A DNA stretch of 64,000 nt, from assembly GCA_020348445.1 (NCBI GenBank), contig CP070751.1, forward strand, positions 692,421 through 756,420, read 5' to 3'. A program made the position numbers and the translations under genes. The stretch comes from Thermoplasmata archaeon (GTDB lineage: Archaea; Thermoplasmatota; Thermoplasmata; GCA-020350865). Of this stretch, positions 36,728 through 46,679 are shown in pieces. Positions within the stretch are counted from its first letter, which is position 1. The number at the start of each line of letters is the position of its first letter. Under the pieces are notes generated by a model. The model had not been told where the DNA came from. It saw only the letters and a program-made list of their open reading frames with translations, and searched no databases.

Positions 36728-39343
36728 ATGAAAAAATACGTGCGGGGGTTCAAAGAGGTATCCAAATCTGATATTACCCTTGTTGGAGGAAAAGGAGCCA
36801 ATTTGGGAGAGCTGACAAAACTCGGTCTTTTGGTGCCCGAGGGTTTCTGTATTACTGCCGAAGCTTACTCAGATTATATTATGGATGTTAAGGACGAGAT
36901 TCTTAATATCGCGAATTCCATAAAAATGGAAGATCAATCTGATTTACAAAAGAAGGTCCAGGATATTAGAAGAACGATCTTATCAATTGAGCTTTCCAAG
37001 AAAATCTCACTTGATATTACCGAAGCGTTCATGAAGTTTGTTGCTAAGAACGAGAAATCAGTGGCTGTAAGATCCTCGGCCACAGCAGAAGACCTCCCAG
37101 ATGCCAGTTTTGCAGGACAGCATGAAACATACCTGAATGTAGTGGGTATTGATGACCTTCTAAACAAGGTAAAAGAATGCTGGGCCTCTCTGTGGACACC
37201 ACGGGCTATCCAGTATCGTAAAAAACATGGTTTTCGGCATTCGAAGGTTTCAATGTGTGTGGTTGTACAAAGGATGATATCGCCTTCAGTTTCTGGAGTG
37301 ATGTTCACCTACAATTCTTTGGAAGAAAAAGACGATGAAATTGTTGTAGAGTCAACGTTTGGATTGGGGGAAGGGCTAGTATCAGGACTTGTTACTCCAG
37401 ATACATACACTATTGAAAAGGATGGGCTAAAGATAAAAAGGAGAAGGATATCTAAAAAGGAGGTTATGGTGGTCCCTTCAAAGGAGGGAGTTACAAAGGC
37501 TTATGTGCCCAAGGAAAAACAAGAAGTTCCCACACTTTCAGATGAAAAAATAAAAAAGTTGGCAAAAATTGGCCTTGTCATTGAACAGCACTTCAAATCC
37601 CCCCAGGACATCGAATGGGGACTTAGCCAAGATAGGTTCTACATCCTCCAGTCAAGACCAGTGACAGGTTTGGGAAAAAAGGTACCTGCCCTTAGTCAGG
37701 AAGAACTTTCGGGTCTTAAGGGGGAATGGACAAAATCCCCTTTAGATGAGCGGGTCCAGGAGCCTCTTACACCATTTACATGGTCCATTGCCGAGGAGAG
37801 CATTCCCAGCTTCTTTGATGCCCTTTCAGCCTTTGGATTCAGGGTTCCTGAGGATGCAGATTTGGCCAGATTATTTTTCGGCAGACCCTATGTCAATAAA
37901 ACAGAGCTTGAGAAGATATTTTCAAATCTGCCTGGTGTTGTGGACGACTTCATAATGGGGGGCCAGGTGCAAATAGACAGGAAGAAAATCAAATTATCCA
38001 TGCTGCCTGTTTTTTTTAGGGCGTTTTTACTGGTGAACCAGGTACATAAGAATTGGGACTCAGAATTGCCCGAGATTCAAAAAAAGTTCGATGACCTAAA
38101 AACATTTCAAATAGAGGAGGCATCTACAGATGAATTACTTACCCAATTGGATTATATAGTTGGAATTGCACAATCAGTTGGTACGACTCATGCTTTGAGT
38201 ATCGTCTTTTGTGAAGCATTGTATCAGGTGCTTGCAATACTGGTTGAGAGGTATTCCCAAGAAGATTTCCACACCTTGTGTCCTAATCTCGTTTCGGGTC
38301 TGGAAAACAAGACCCTGGAAACCAACAAGAAACTATGGGAACTGGCAATGACGGCAAAAGAGATCCCCATAATTCAAAAAGAGATTTTAAAAGAGAATTA
38401 TGCTCATCTTGTCAAATCCTTGAGTACTACCAAAGAAGGAAAAGCCTTTTTAAATCGATTTCACGGATTCCTTGATTCATACGGCCATAGGTCTCCAAAG
38501 TACGACCTCTACTATCCTTCATGGGGCGATGATCCCAACCTCGTTTTAGAGATCCTGAGAACCTACCTGATAGGTGAAAAACACATGGACCCCAAGTCCA
38601 TGGAGAAAAAAAGTGTAAAAGAAAGGGAAAAAGCTGAAGAACTCGTTCTAGCAAGATTGAATACACACCTCTTAGACAACTTATTTCCCGTAAAGAGGTT
38701 TGCTTTTTTAAGACTTTTAAAACTCGCACAAAAGTACATGACCCTTCGGGAGAACCAGCAGTTCTACATAGGGCAGGGTTATCCCATCGCTAGGAGAATT
38801 GTTTTACAAATTGGCTCGCATTTAGTTGAAGTGGGAATCATCCATAAAAAGGAGGACGTGTTCTTCCTTACAATAGAGGAAATTCGGAGTATAAGTCTCG
38901 GAAAAAAAATAGAGGGTCTGGCGATCACAATAAATACGAGAAAATCTGAATTTGAATCGTTTTCGAGGATAAATCCCCCTCACCTTATTACCAGAGAAGG
39001 AGCCAAGGAAATGACAGGTAAAGAAATCCTGAAAGGTATAGGCGGTAGTCCGGGCAGAGCTTCCGGAAACGTGAAAATAATATCAAACATCACTGAATTT
39101 GGTAGATTCAAGGAGGGTGAAATCCTTGTGGCTCCCACAACAAATCCCTCCTGGACACCGCTTTTTTTGATGGCGGCTGGCATCGTCACCGAGGTTGGGG
39201 GTATGCTCTGTCACGGTGCAGTTGTGGCAAGAGAATACGGAATCCCCGCCGTATTAGGTGTAAAAAATGTCACTCAGATTTTAAAAGATGGACAGCATGT
39301 GACTTTGGATGGAACAAAGGGAATAATTTATACAAAGGACTGA
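36728..39343 (+). CDS. PEP-utilizing enzyme with rifampicin-phosphotransferase-like architecture (ATP-grasp, central substrate domain, C-terminal His swivel domain)
   Basis: VGGKGANLGEL, VAVRSSATAEDLPDASFAGQHETYLNV, QDIEW..LQSRPVT, central YGHRS, C-terminal GGMLCHGAVVAREYGIPAV; no C-terminal pyruvate-binding TIM barrel. Confidence 0.88.
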   Translation: MKKYVRGFKEVSKSDITLVGGKGANLGELTKLGLLVPEGFCITAEAYSDYIMDVKDEILNIANSIKMEDQSDLQKKVQDIRRTILSIELSKKISLDITEAFMKFVAKNEKSVAVRSSATAEDLPDASFAGQHETYLNVVGIDDLLNKVKECWASLWTPRAIQYRKKHGFRHSKVSMCVVVQRMISPSVSGVMFTYNSLEEKDDEIVVESTFGLGEGLVSGLVTPDTYTIEKDGLKIKRRRISKKEVMVVPSKEGVTKAYVPKEKQEVPTLSDEKIKKLAKIGLVIEQHFKSPQDIEWGLSQDRFYILQSRPVTGLGKKVPALSQEELSGLKGEWTKSPLDERVQEPLTPFTWSIAEESIPSFFDALSAFGFRVPEDADLARLFFGRPYVNKTELEKIFSNLPGVVDDFIMGGQVQIDRKKIKLSMLPVFFRAFLLVNQVHKNWDSELPEIQKKFDDLKTFQIEEASTDELLTQLDYIVGIAQSVGTTHALSIVFCEALYQVLAILVERYSQEDFHTLCPNLVSGLENKTLETNKKLWELAMTAKEIPIIQKEILKENYAHLVKSLSTTKEGKAFLNRFHGFLDSYGHRSPKYDLYYPSWGDDPNLVLEILRTYLIGEKHMDPKSMEKKSVKEREKAEELVLARLNTHLLDNLFPVKRFAFLRLLKLAQKYMTLRENQQFYIGQGYPIARRIVLQIGSHLVEVGIIHKKEDVFFLTIEEIRSISLGKKIEGLAITINTRKSEFESFSRINPPHLITREGAKEMTGKEILKGIGGSPGRASGNVKIISNITEFGRFKEGEILVAPTTNPSWTPLFLMAAGIVTEVGGMLCHGAVVAREYGIPAVLGVKNVTQILKDGQHVTLDGTKGIIYTKD

Positions 39344-39349
39344 AAATAT

Positions 39350-42241
39350 CTACTCCACAAAAATCGCAGGTCTTCTCGGTACAGCAAATCTGGCCTTGTC
39401 CTTGGGATCGTACCGCGAATCATCATCTGAAGTATATATTTCGATGTCACATTTGAATTCATGTTTTAAAAAGTCAGCAGCCTCTATCAGGTAGCTCCTT
39501 TCATCCATGGTCTTGGATAGCTGTAGGAGCTCATCTTGTCCTCTATTTGTCAAATTTTCCGCCAATTTCTTGGCATAAGCTGAGGCCTCCTTTGAATTCT
39601 TTTTAATAGACTCGCGGGTCATTGCTGATTTCATGAGGTTATTTATGTTCAGTTCCTTGGCAATGCTCATATCTATGGCTATTTGGTGCATTTCATATTT
39701 CCAGGAAGAAGGCGTATAGAGCACGATTTTATTGGGCGAGATTCCAGTCACCTTCAGAATCTCGTTTATATCGGACATGGTATCTATTAGGAACTCCTCT
39801 GACAGTTCGATTGTGTGATTGATTTTTTCAGAATCAGCTTTTGGATACTCGGCAAGAGAGATGAATCCATCAAAACCCAGTTTTTCCCATATCTCCTCGC
39901 AAATGTGTGGGGCAACAGGTGCAAGAATCTTAGTCTGGGCCGCAATAAGATCATTTATAAGATCCTTGTTTAAATCTCCAAGGCACCGTCTCTGATACCA
40001 TCTTAGGTGTCTTTGCAAATCAAAATATCCGATTTTCAATGCAGTTCTGAAGTTCATCTCCTCCATGGCAGCATCAGTTTCTGATATCGTCCTGTTTAAG
40101 ATCGATTCGAACCAGGTATCGATTCCGATTTCCTCCTTTCTACCTTTATCGTAATAGTTGATGGCAAAGTCCCTCCAGGCTTCAAGGCGAGCATATGCAC
40201 CTTTCGCAAAGTCCATGTTAAAGTTTGGGTCGTCTATTCCTTCACCGCTGTATGTTAAAGTCAGTCTCGTGCCATCGGTGCCAAATCTGTCAAGGATATC
40301 CCTGAGGGGATAGAAATTTCCAGCAGATTTGCTCATCTTGGCACCAGATACCAGAATCCAGCCGTTTAGGCCAAATCCCAATGGCCAGTACTCTTCAGGG
40401 AAGATGGCAACATGATTGAATAGACAGAAAGAAAGGTGATTCTGAACAAGATCTTTACCTGAAACTCTTAGATCGAAAGGATACCAGTACTTGAACTCAT
40501 TTCTCATTTCCTTTAATATAGATTCAGGTACGCCTGTGTTTTCAGAAATAGTCCTTATCTCACCCTCTTCCAGGAATACATAATCAAAAAAGGCATCGTC
40601 TATCTTATCTGCTGGAACTATTTTTTCGTGCTCCAGGTATTTTGATATCGTATAATAAGCCATGTATATCGTGGAATCGGAGAGGGACTCGATTACCCAG
40701 TTCTCGTCCCATGGAAGCCCGGTTCCCAGACCGAACTCCCTTGTACAGGCCCAGTCGTTGAGCCAGTCGATCACGTATGAAAATTGCTTCCTCACGGCCT
40801 CGGGATAGAGTTTCAATCTGTCTAAAGCCCGATGAGCACCATCTTTCCATTCCCTATTTCCATATGCGATAAACCACTGGTTTGATACCACCTTGACTAT
40901 GCTGGGGGTAAGGCATCTGCACACCACATCTCCAGAAAGCTCGTACATCAAGTCAGCTTCGCTGCCTTCTATTAGCTTCTCCTTTACAAGATCCTTTGCC
41001 TCTTCTACCTTCATACCTGCATATTCCCCGCAGTTCTCGTTCATAACCCCCGTATAGAATCCTGATTTGTAGATGATCTTCTTTGCCTCTTCCAGCTTTT
41101 CTCTGTCGTTTTGGCTCTCAATTTTCATATCCTCGCAGATTTTAACGGCAGGTAGATTTCCCCATCCGGGGGTTTCGATTATTGGAATGGGCTCGATCTT
41201 CCTGATTTTTTCGCAGTCCAATCCAAAGCGACTGCACATACCCTCGTCCCGAAGGTCATAAAGGCCCATCCAGTCGTCAGGTGCATCAGATGGGACGCTG
41301 GTTACAAGACCGGTTCCTTTGTTGGGATCGCAAAATTCCGAGGGCAGAATCAGAATCTCCCGATTTATGCCAGGTGCGATGCATGTTTTTCCTATCATCT
41401 GTCCTCCCCAGATTTCACCTACTATCTCTAGGCCCTCTCTTTGCTCCATCAATTTATCTGCGCACTCCTTACTTACTATCCAAATCTCATCCCCTACCTT
41501 GACCTTAACATACCTTAAGTCCACATCAACCCACATATTGGTCTGCCCATATACTGTCTCGGGTCTGAGTGTGGCTGCAATGATGTACGCGTCATTGAAC
41601 TTGAACTTAAGCAAAGTCATCTCGGTGGGAGTCTCACCTTCCCCTTTGATCCTTGCATGATCTCCCACAGGTGAATTGCATTTTGTGCACCACACCACAG
41701 GGTGCTCCCCAAGCACAACATATTCCTTGGACTTCAGCTTTCTAAACTGCCATTCTATGAACTTGTTATACAATGGATTCAATGATGTTGTGATGAAGCT
41801 CCTGCGCCAGTCAATTGAGCCTCCAAAACGATCTACATCCTTTATGTATTCATCTGGAAAATATTGTGTCCAATAGACTGGGTCAGCAAATTTTGGAATC
41901 ATATCATCAGGTATACCCATATCCTCCATGATCTTGAGCTGTTTCGGGTCCTTTTCTTTTATTCGGTCGGCTGCTGATACGATAGGAGATCCTGTGCAGT
42001 GAAATGCGAATGGAAACAGAACATTGTATCCTTTCATACGCTTGTAGCGGGCATACACATCCACTCGAAGCAGGGTGTAGGCATGGCCTAGGTGCATATA
42101 ACCGTTCATATATGGGTACGGAAAGTTGAGGAAATACTTCTTCATCCCCTGTTTAGGTTCTGCTTCGAAGATTTTTGCATCTTTCCATTTTCTTTGCCAT
42201 TTTTCTTCTATGAATCTTGCATCTTCTTGGCCTTGCTCCAT
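39350..42241 (-). CDS. leuS: Leucine--tRNA ligase (archaeal/eukaryotic type)
   Basis: [16 protein letters not shown]1 editing motifs [14 protein letters not shown] and [39 protein letters not shown]. Confidence 0.98.
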   Translation of the reverse strand: MEQGQEDARFIEEKWQRKWKDAKIFEAEPKQGMKKYFLNFPYPYMNGYMHLGHAYTLLRVDVYARYKRMKGYNVLFPFAFHCTGSPIVSAADRIKEKDPKQLKIMEDMGIPDDMIPKFADPVYWTQYFPDEYIKDVDRFGGSIDWRRSFITTSLNPLYNKFIEWQFRKLKSKEYVVLGEHPVVWCTKCNSPVGDHARIKGEGETPTEMTLLKFKFNDAYIIAATLRPETVYGQTNMWVDVDLRYVKVKVGDEIWIVSKECADKLMEQREGLEIVGEIWGGQMIGKTCIAPGINREILILPSEFCDPNKGTGLVTSVPSDAPDDWMGLYDLRDEGMCSRFGLDCEKIRKIEPIPIIETPGWGNLPAVKICEDMKIESQNDREKLEEAKKIIYKSGFYTGVMNENCGEYAGMKVEEAKDLVKEKLIEGSEADLMYELSGDVVCRCLTPSIVKVVSNQWFIAYGNREWKDGAHRALDRLKLYPEAVRKQFSYVIDWLNDWACTREFGLGTGLPWDENWVIESLSDSTIYMAYYTISKYLEHEKIVPADKIDDAFFDYVFLEEGEIRTISENTGVPESILKEMRNEFKYWYPFDLRVSGKDLVQNHLSFCLFNHVAIFPEEYWPLGFGLNGWILVSGAKMSKSAGNFYPLRDILDRFGTDGTRLTLTYSGEGIDDPNFNMDFAKGAYARLEAWRDFAINYYDKGRKEEIGIDTWFESILNRTISETDAAMEEMNFRTALKIGYFDLQRHLRWYQRRCLGDLNKDLINDLIAAQTKILAPVAPHICEEIWEKLGFDGFISLAEYPKADSEKINHTIELSEEFLIDTMSDINEILKVTGISPNKIVLYTPSSWKYEMHQIAIDMSIAKELNINNLMKSAMTRESIKKNSKEASAYAKKLAENLTNRGQDELLQLSKTMDERSYLIEAADFLKHEFKCDIEIYTSDDDSRYDPKDKARFAVPRRPAIFVE

Positions 42242-42365
42242 TTTTACGACCTTTGCCGTGCATAGATATTGTTAAATATAGGTTTTGTGGGAATTATCCT
42301 TGCATACTATTGTACATTTCATCAATATTGATAAGAAAATAACTTATTTAGTTGTTGATAAATCT

Positions 42366-42908
42366 TCAATCAGAAGACAAAATTTCCTCACCCAATGTGA
42401 AGAACCCCAGTTCAACATTCTTACCAGTTTTTGCGCTGGAAAGATAGGCATACGAGCGTTTGAATTTAGAGCAGAATTTATCAAGCTCTTTAATATTTAT
42501 TTCGGCTTCCTTCTTCAAATCGCATTTATTGGCGAGAAAAACTATAGGAACCTCGCCTGAAATGGAATACACGGCCTTGACCCAATCTTCAAGATACAAC
42601 ATGGTGTCGCGTCTTGTGATGTCGCAGACAGCCACAACGCCCTGACATCCGAAAAAATACGCATTCTGAAGCATCTGGCGAAAACCCTGCTGGCCCATGA
42701 TATCCCAGACGAGCATCCTAATATTTGTTGAGGTGCGTCTTCTTGGATGCTTGAGGGTCACCTCTTTTTTTGTGATTTTGGTGCCTAGGGTGGTGATGTA
42801 CTTATCAGAGAACTGATCGAAGACGAATCGTTTGATCAAACTGGTTTTACCTACCCCTCCTTCCCCTACGAGGCATATTTTAAAGGAGTAGTCCACTTCG
42901 TTGTTCAT
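42366..42908 (-). CDS. Rab-like small GTPase (Ras superfamily), copy 1
   Basis: G1 GEGGVGKTS, switch I FSDKYITTLG, G3 WDIMGQ, G4 NKCD, G5 SAKTG; start moved to ATG 42908 (GGGGGG SD). Confidence 0.93.
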   Translation of the reverse strand: MNNEVDYSFKICLVGEGGVGKTSLIKRFVFDQFSDKYITTLGTKITKKEVTLKHPRRRTSTNIRMLVWDIMGQQGFRQMLQNAYFFGCQGVVAVCDITRRDTMLYLEDWVKAVYSISGEVPIVFLANKCDLKKEAEINIKELDKFCSKFKRSYAYLSSAKTGKNVELGFFTLGEEILSSD

Positions 42909-43083
42909 CTCTTTCCCCCCCAAGAAATGGTTCTAAATAGGCATTTCAATGGCCTTTAGGGGGATTGCCTTCATCGTTTATAAAACCTTTCCAAAATCTC
43001 ATAAACCATCAAAAACATATAAAATAATGGAATAAAAACCCTTAATAATAGTAAAATATATTCGTTAATTCCGGGGAGTTCAG

Positions 43084-43575
43084 ATGAATAGGACAGAATT
43101 GATGGCAGAAGGCATGTCCCTCGTCGAAAGGGGGAAGTACAAGGAGGCTGTAGAGATTTTTAATGAGATATTAACAGAAGATCCCCAGGATGTTGAAGCC
43201 TGGATCAACAAAGGTTGTGCTTTGCTGTACTTGGAAAAGCCCAGGGAATCCCTACACTGTACAAACAAAGCATTGGAAATCGATTTAAACAACACCATAG
43301 CTTTAAATAACAAAGGAATTGCCCTATTTCGTATAAACGATTTTGAAGGTGCAGAAGACGCCTTTAATAAAACTTTAGAAATAGATCCGAAGTACGCAGA
43401 AGCCTGGTACAACAAAGCCTGTTTAGCATCCGAGCAAAAAAAAGTCTATGAAGCCTTAAGAAATCTTGAAAAGGCCTTGAGTCTTGATAGAAACAGATTC
43501 CTAACCCACGCAAAGATTGACAGACATCTTGACAACATCCGAAATGAAGCGAGATTCAAGGAACTTGTGGATTGA
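43084..43575 (+). CDS. Tetratricopeptide repeat protein (3-4 TPRs plus C-terminal capping helices)
   Basis: EAWINKGCALLYLEKPRESL, IALNNKGIALFRINDFEGAE, EAWYNKACLASEQKKVYEAL..ALSLD..D..LDNIRNEARFKELV. Confidence 0.92.
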   Translation: MNRTELMAEGMSLVERGKYKEAVEIFNEILTEDPQDVEAWINKGCALLYLEKPRESLHCTNKALEIDLNNTIALNNKGIALFRINDFEGAEDAFNKTLEIDPKYAEAWYNKACLASEQKKVYEALRNLEKALSLDRNRFLTHAKIDRHLDNIRNEARFKELVD

Positions 43576-43594
43576 TTGAAAAGGCGGGTTCTTT

Positions 43595-44254
43595 ATGCCT
43601 GGGATGAAATATTTCAGACGGAAGATATGCTTACTTGGTGATGCCGCAGTGGGAAAAACCAGCCTTATCAGAAGATACGTGGAGGACAAATTCGACGATA
43701 AATATGTGGTAACACTTGGAACAAAGGTGACAATGAGGGAACAGGTTATTCAAGACCCAAACAGTAATCAACCAATGAATATGACCCTGATGATTTGGGA
43801 CATATTGGGACAAAGGGAGTACAAGCGGCTTCAAACGAGCTTTTACAGGGGAGCGAACGGAGCTTTAGTTGTGGTAGACATTACAAGAAAAGAGACATTA
43901 GATAGTTTACACGGCTGGATACTATCCCTTTTCAATAGTGTGGGAAAAGTACCTATTCTCATCCTATTAAATAAAAACGATCTTACAGAGCAAACCGCGA
44001 TAAAATCCGAGGATATGGATGATGCGATCAAAAAATATGAGACATCGTATCTACTCACCAGTGCCAAGACAGGAGAAAATGTCGATTTAGCCTTTAAGAA
44101 AATGAGTGAGATGCTGTTATTTAGGGAGCAAAGTAAAGGATCACAAGAAGGGAATTCTAAATCTGACGAAATGAAACAATTTGCAGGCCCAGAAACCAAG
44201 ATTCCATCAGAAACTGGAGCTACCAGCGATAAAAACGACAATGATTCAGCTTGA
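43595..44254 (+). CDS. Rab-like small GTPase (Ras superfamily), copy 2, with ~40-aa polar C-terminal tail
   Basis: G1 GDAAVGKTS, switch I FDDKYVVTLG, G3 WDILGQ, FYRGA, VVDIT, G4 NKND, G5 SAKTG. Confidence 0.93.
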   Translation: MPGMKYFRRKICLLGDAAVGKTSLIRRYVEDKFDDKYVVTLGTKVTMREQVIQDPNSNQPMNMTLMIWDILGQREYKRLQTSFYRGANGALVVVDITRKETLDSLHGWILSLFNSVGKVPILILLNKNDLTEQTAIKSEDMDDAIKKYETSYLLTSAKTGENVDLAFKKMSEMLLFREQSKGSQEGNSKSDEMKQFAGPETKIPSETGATSDKNDNDSA

Positions 44255-44317
44255 GCAAAGGCCGATATGCTGTTTGAGATAGATAACCGGTACAACCAGG
44301 GTATCTGGAGTGAAGCC

Positions 44318-45622
44318 ATGATTGAAGCCGATAACATAGTAAAAAGGTATCCTATAAGAGGGGAAGGGTACAACTGGCGAAAAGCATTTATTTCCGCCAT
44401 CAAAAGGAGAAAGCAGGATGAATTAACGGCATTGTACAATGTGAGCCTGGATGTGCAAAAAAGTGAAATAGTGGGAATTTTAGGGCCCAACGGTGCAGGG
44501 AAGACCACCTTGATCAAGATTTTAGCAGGTCTCCTGGTTCCAGATTCAGGAAAAGCCAGTGTTAATTATTACGATGTGATCAAAAATAGAAAACAGGTGC
44601 GAACGTCCCTCAATCTGCTCAGAAGCGGTGGATGGGTAATGTTCGACTACAAGCTCACAGTATACAACAATCTGAAATACTGGGGTATTGTACAGGGATT
44701 GGGCTGGAATGAAATCAAACCGAGGATCGAAGAGGTCCTGGAAATCGTGAGATTGAAGGATAAAATCAACGAATATCCTGAAAACCTTTCTGCGGGGATG
44801 AGGCAGAAGATGTGCCTTGCGCTTTGCCTTCTCTCCGACAGGCCTATATATCTTCTGGACGAGCCAACCGCGAACATAGACCCGTACTCTGCAAATTTTA
44901 TTCGTGAGTTCGTACGGGATGAACTGGCAGGCAACGGAAAAACCGTTCTTCTGGCCACACATAACCTATGGGAGGCTGAGATGATATGCGACAGAATAGC
45001 CATATTGCTCAAAGGTTGTGTGGTGCTGTTCGACAAAACCGAGGTAATAAAAGGAAGGCGTGAGGGTGGATATATTCTGATAAACGTTTTGAACCTTTCC
45101 GATGATCTGGTGGAGGATCTTTCTTGCCTGGATTTTGTTAGATCTGTATTCCCAAGTTGTCTTCGCGACTCAAAAGGTGAGGACCAGTATCAGCTCGAGA
45201 TCCATGGGGATGTGGAGGAACATCTGCAGGAACTTCTTGAGGTTTGTTTTGGTCATACCGAAGTGGGGAGCATGGAAACCAAAGATCCCTCCCTAAACGA
45301 CATCTTCATGGAGATGATGGAAAGGATAGATTCAGATAAGGCGCAGATTTCAGATAGGTATAAACTCTACAAGAATGCGTTGATCGAGGCTTATGGGGAT
45401 TACGGTGTAATAATCAATGAAAAAAAGGAGTTGCTAAGGGAGATCAAAGAGAGACTCGATATCTCGGACGGGGAGCATAAACAGATAGATGCAATGGTCC
45501 AAGAGGAAATGAAACCAAAGTGGAAGAAAAAGGCAAGGGAGGATAAAAAAGCAGCAAAGCATCTTGACCCAGCAGTTGCTGAGCTGATAAAACTAAAGTC
45601 CGAGCTTGAGGAAGAGGACTAG
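44318..45622 (+). CDS. ABC-2 type transporter ATP-binding protein with extra C-terminal helical domain
   Basis: Walker A GPNGAGKTT, signature LSAGMRQK, Walker B LLDEPT, H-loop ATHN. Start probably ATG 44318 (GGAGTGA SD); track start is 44267. Confidence 0.93.
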   Translation: MIEADNIVKRYPIRGEGYNWRKAFISAIKRRKQDELTALYNVSLDVQKSEIVGILGPNGAGKTTLIKILAGLLVPDSGKASVNYYDVIKNRKQVRTSLNLLRSGGWVMFDYKLTVYNNLKYWGIVQGLGWNEIKPRIEEVLEIVRLKDKINEYPENLSAGMRQKMCLALCLLSDRPIYLLDEPTANIDPYSANFIREFVRDELAGNGKTVLLATHNLWEAEMICDRIAILLKGCVVLFDKTEVIKGRREGGYILINVLNLSDDLVEDLSCLDFVRSVFPSCLRDSKGEDQYQLEIHGDVEEHLQELLEVCFGHTEVGSMETKDPSLNDIFMEMMERIDSDKAQISDRYKLYKNALIEAYGDYGVIINEKKELLREIKERLDISDGEHKQIDAMVQEEMKPKWKKKAREDKKAAKHLDPAVAELIKLKSELEEED

Positions 45623-45669
45623 AGGAGTTAGATTTACCAGCGTATTCATATGAGGAGCAGTTGATTTAA

Positions 45670-46533
45670 ATGGCGGGTGCCAAGCGGAAAATTGGGAAGG
45701 TCAAGCACGGCCTCAACTTCAAAGAAACCATGCATGTAGTTGGCAGCTACATGGCCAAGAATTTCCGGCTTTGGTATCGATTCAAGGTGAGCTTTTTTTT
45801 CACGCTTATTTCCATGGTCGTGGCCATAGCAATATGGTATTTCATGAATAGGGTGCTGGAAATCGGTTTTATGGACGATTACTTCTCCTTCGTGCTAATA
45901 GGTATCGTGATAAACCAGTACGTGCTTACTACATTATCTACCTATCTTGAATCATTAAAGGAACTGTATTGGTCAAACCAGCTGGAATTCTATCTAACGT
46001 CACCATCCAGACTTAAAACCTTCTTTTTGTCATCATTAACCTGGACGTATACATATGCTACAATAAATGCCCTGCTTTATTTCGCTATTGGCATATTCAT
46101 ATTTGATGCCAACCTGATTGTAAATCCCGAGGCGATTCTGATCATTCCCATGCTGTTTCTTTTGATAGTAGGACTTTCGGGCTTTGGGCTTATTTCAGCC
46201 AGTATGTTTCTTCTTGTGGATGCAAAAGGGGAGATAGAGCCCATAAGCTGGGGGATTTCCACGCTCACTCTCCTGGTCTCAGGTGTTGTTTTTCCGTTCG
46301 AGGAGTTTCTCAATATATTCCCGCCCTTATATTATGTGGCCATTGTGCTACCCCAGACCTGGGCAATTCACGGTATCAGGGGATTGCTTCAGGGTGGGGG
46401 CATAGGAAATGCCATTCCCATAATGGGTATACTGGTGATATTTGCATTGATACTTTTTCCTCTTGGTGTTGCCATGTTCAGATTCGGGATAAGAAAGGGG
46501 GAGAGGGTAGGAAGCTTGGCCAAATGGGCGTGA
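45670..46533 (+). CDS. ABC-2 type transporter permease
   Basis: Six hydrophobic segments; YFSFVLIG, LE.YLTSP, LVSGVVFP, LPQTWAIHGIRGLL. Confidence 0.92.
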   Translation: MAGAKRKIGKVKHGLNFKETMHVVGSYMAKNFRLWYRFKVSFFFTLISMVVAIAIWYFMNRVLEIGFMDDYFSFVLIGIVINQYVLTTLSTYLESLKELYWSNQLEFYLTSPSRLKTFFLSSLTWTYTYATINALLYFAIGIFIFDANLIVNPEAILIIPMLFLLIVGLSGFGLISASMFLLVDAKGEIEPISWGISTLTLLVSGVVFPFEEFLNIFPPLYYVAIVLPQTWAIHGIRGLLQGGGIGNAIPIMGILVIFALILFPLGVAMFRFGIRKGERVGSLAKWA

Positions 46534-46621
46534 TTAGCACCGATGAAAAGATAATAAAGGTACGGATTAACTGATGACGATTCTCCCTATCTCTGAAAGG
46601 ATGATATTTGGATAGTATAAC

Positions 46622-46637
46622 CGAAAGATATAAAATA
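46622..46637 (+). promoter_or_regulatory. Candidate BRE-TATA promoter of the giant surface protein gene
   Basis: CGAAAG-ATATAAAATA lies downstream of the track start 46608, supporting a true start at 46680/46686 behind GGAGGAGGGA. Confidence 0.5.
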
Positions 46638-46679
46638 TCCGATTTGGATGGGGTGTCCACTTCCGTCATGGAGGAGGGA

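Noticed and set aside
36728-39343. Annotation as ppsA (PEP synthase) or PPDK
   Set aside because: The His domain is C-terminal and the pyruvate-binding TIM barrel is absent.
42366-44254. Eukaryotic contamination or true prenylated Rab genes
   Set aside because: No introns, archaeal SD sites, an archaeal neighbourhood (leuS), WDI(M/L)GQ instead of WDTAGQ, and no C-terminal Cys motif.
43843-44517. 224-aa minus-strand ORF across GTPase 2 and the ABC ATPase
   Set aside because: Antisense to two genes with intact catalytic motifs; no recognisable motif of its own.
46608-46679. ORF-track start of the giant protein (also 12332, 20374 and 44267 for other genes)
   Set aside because: SD and promoter positions and signal-peptide placement favour downstream starts (46680/46686, 12452, 20440, 44318).
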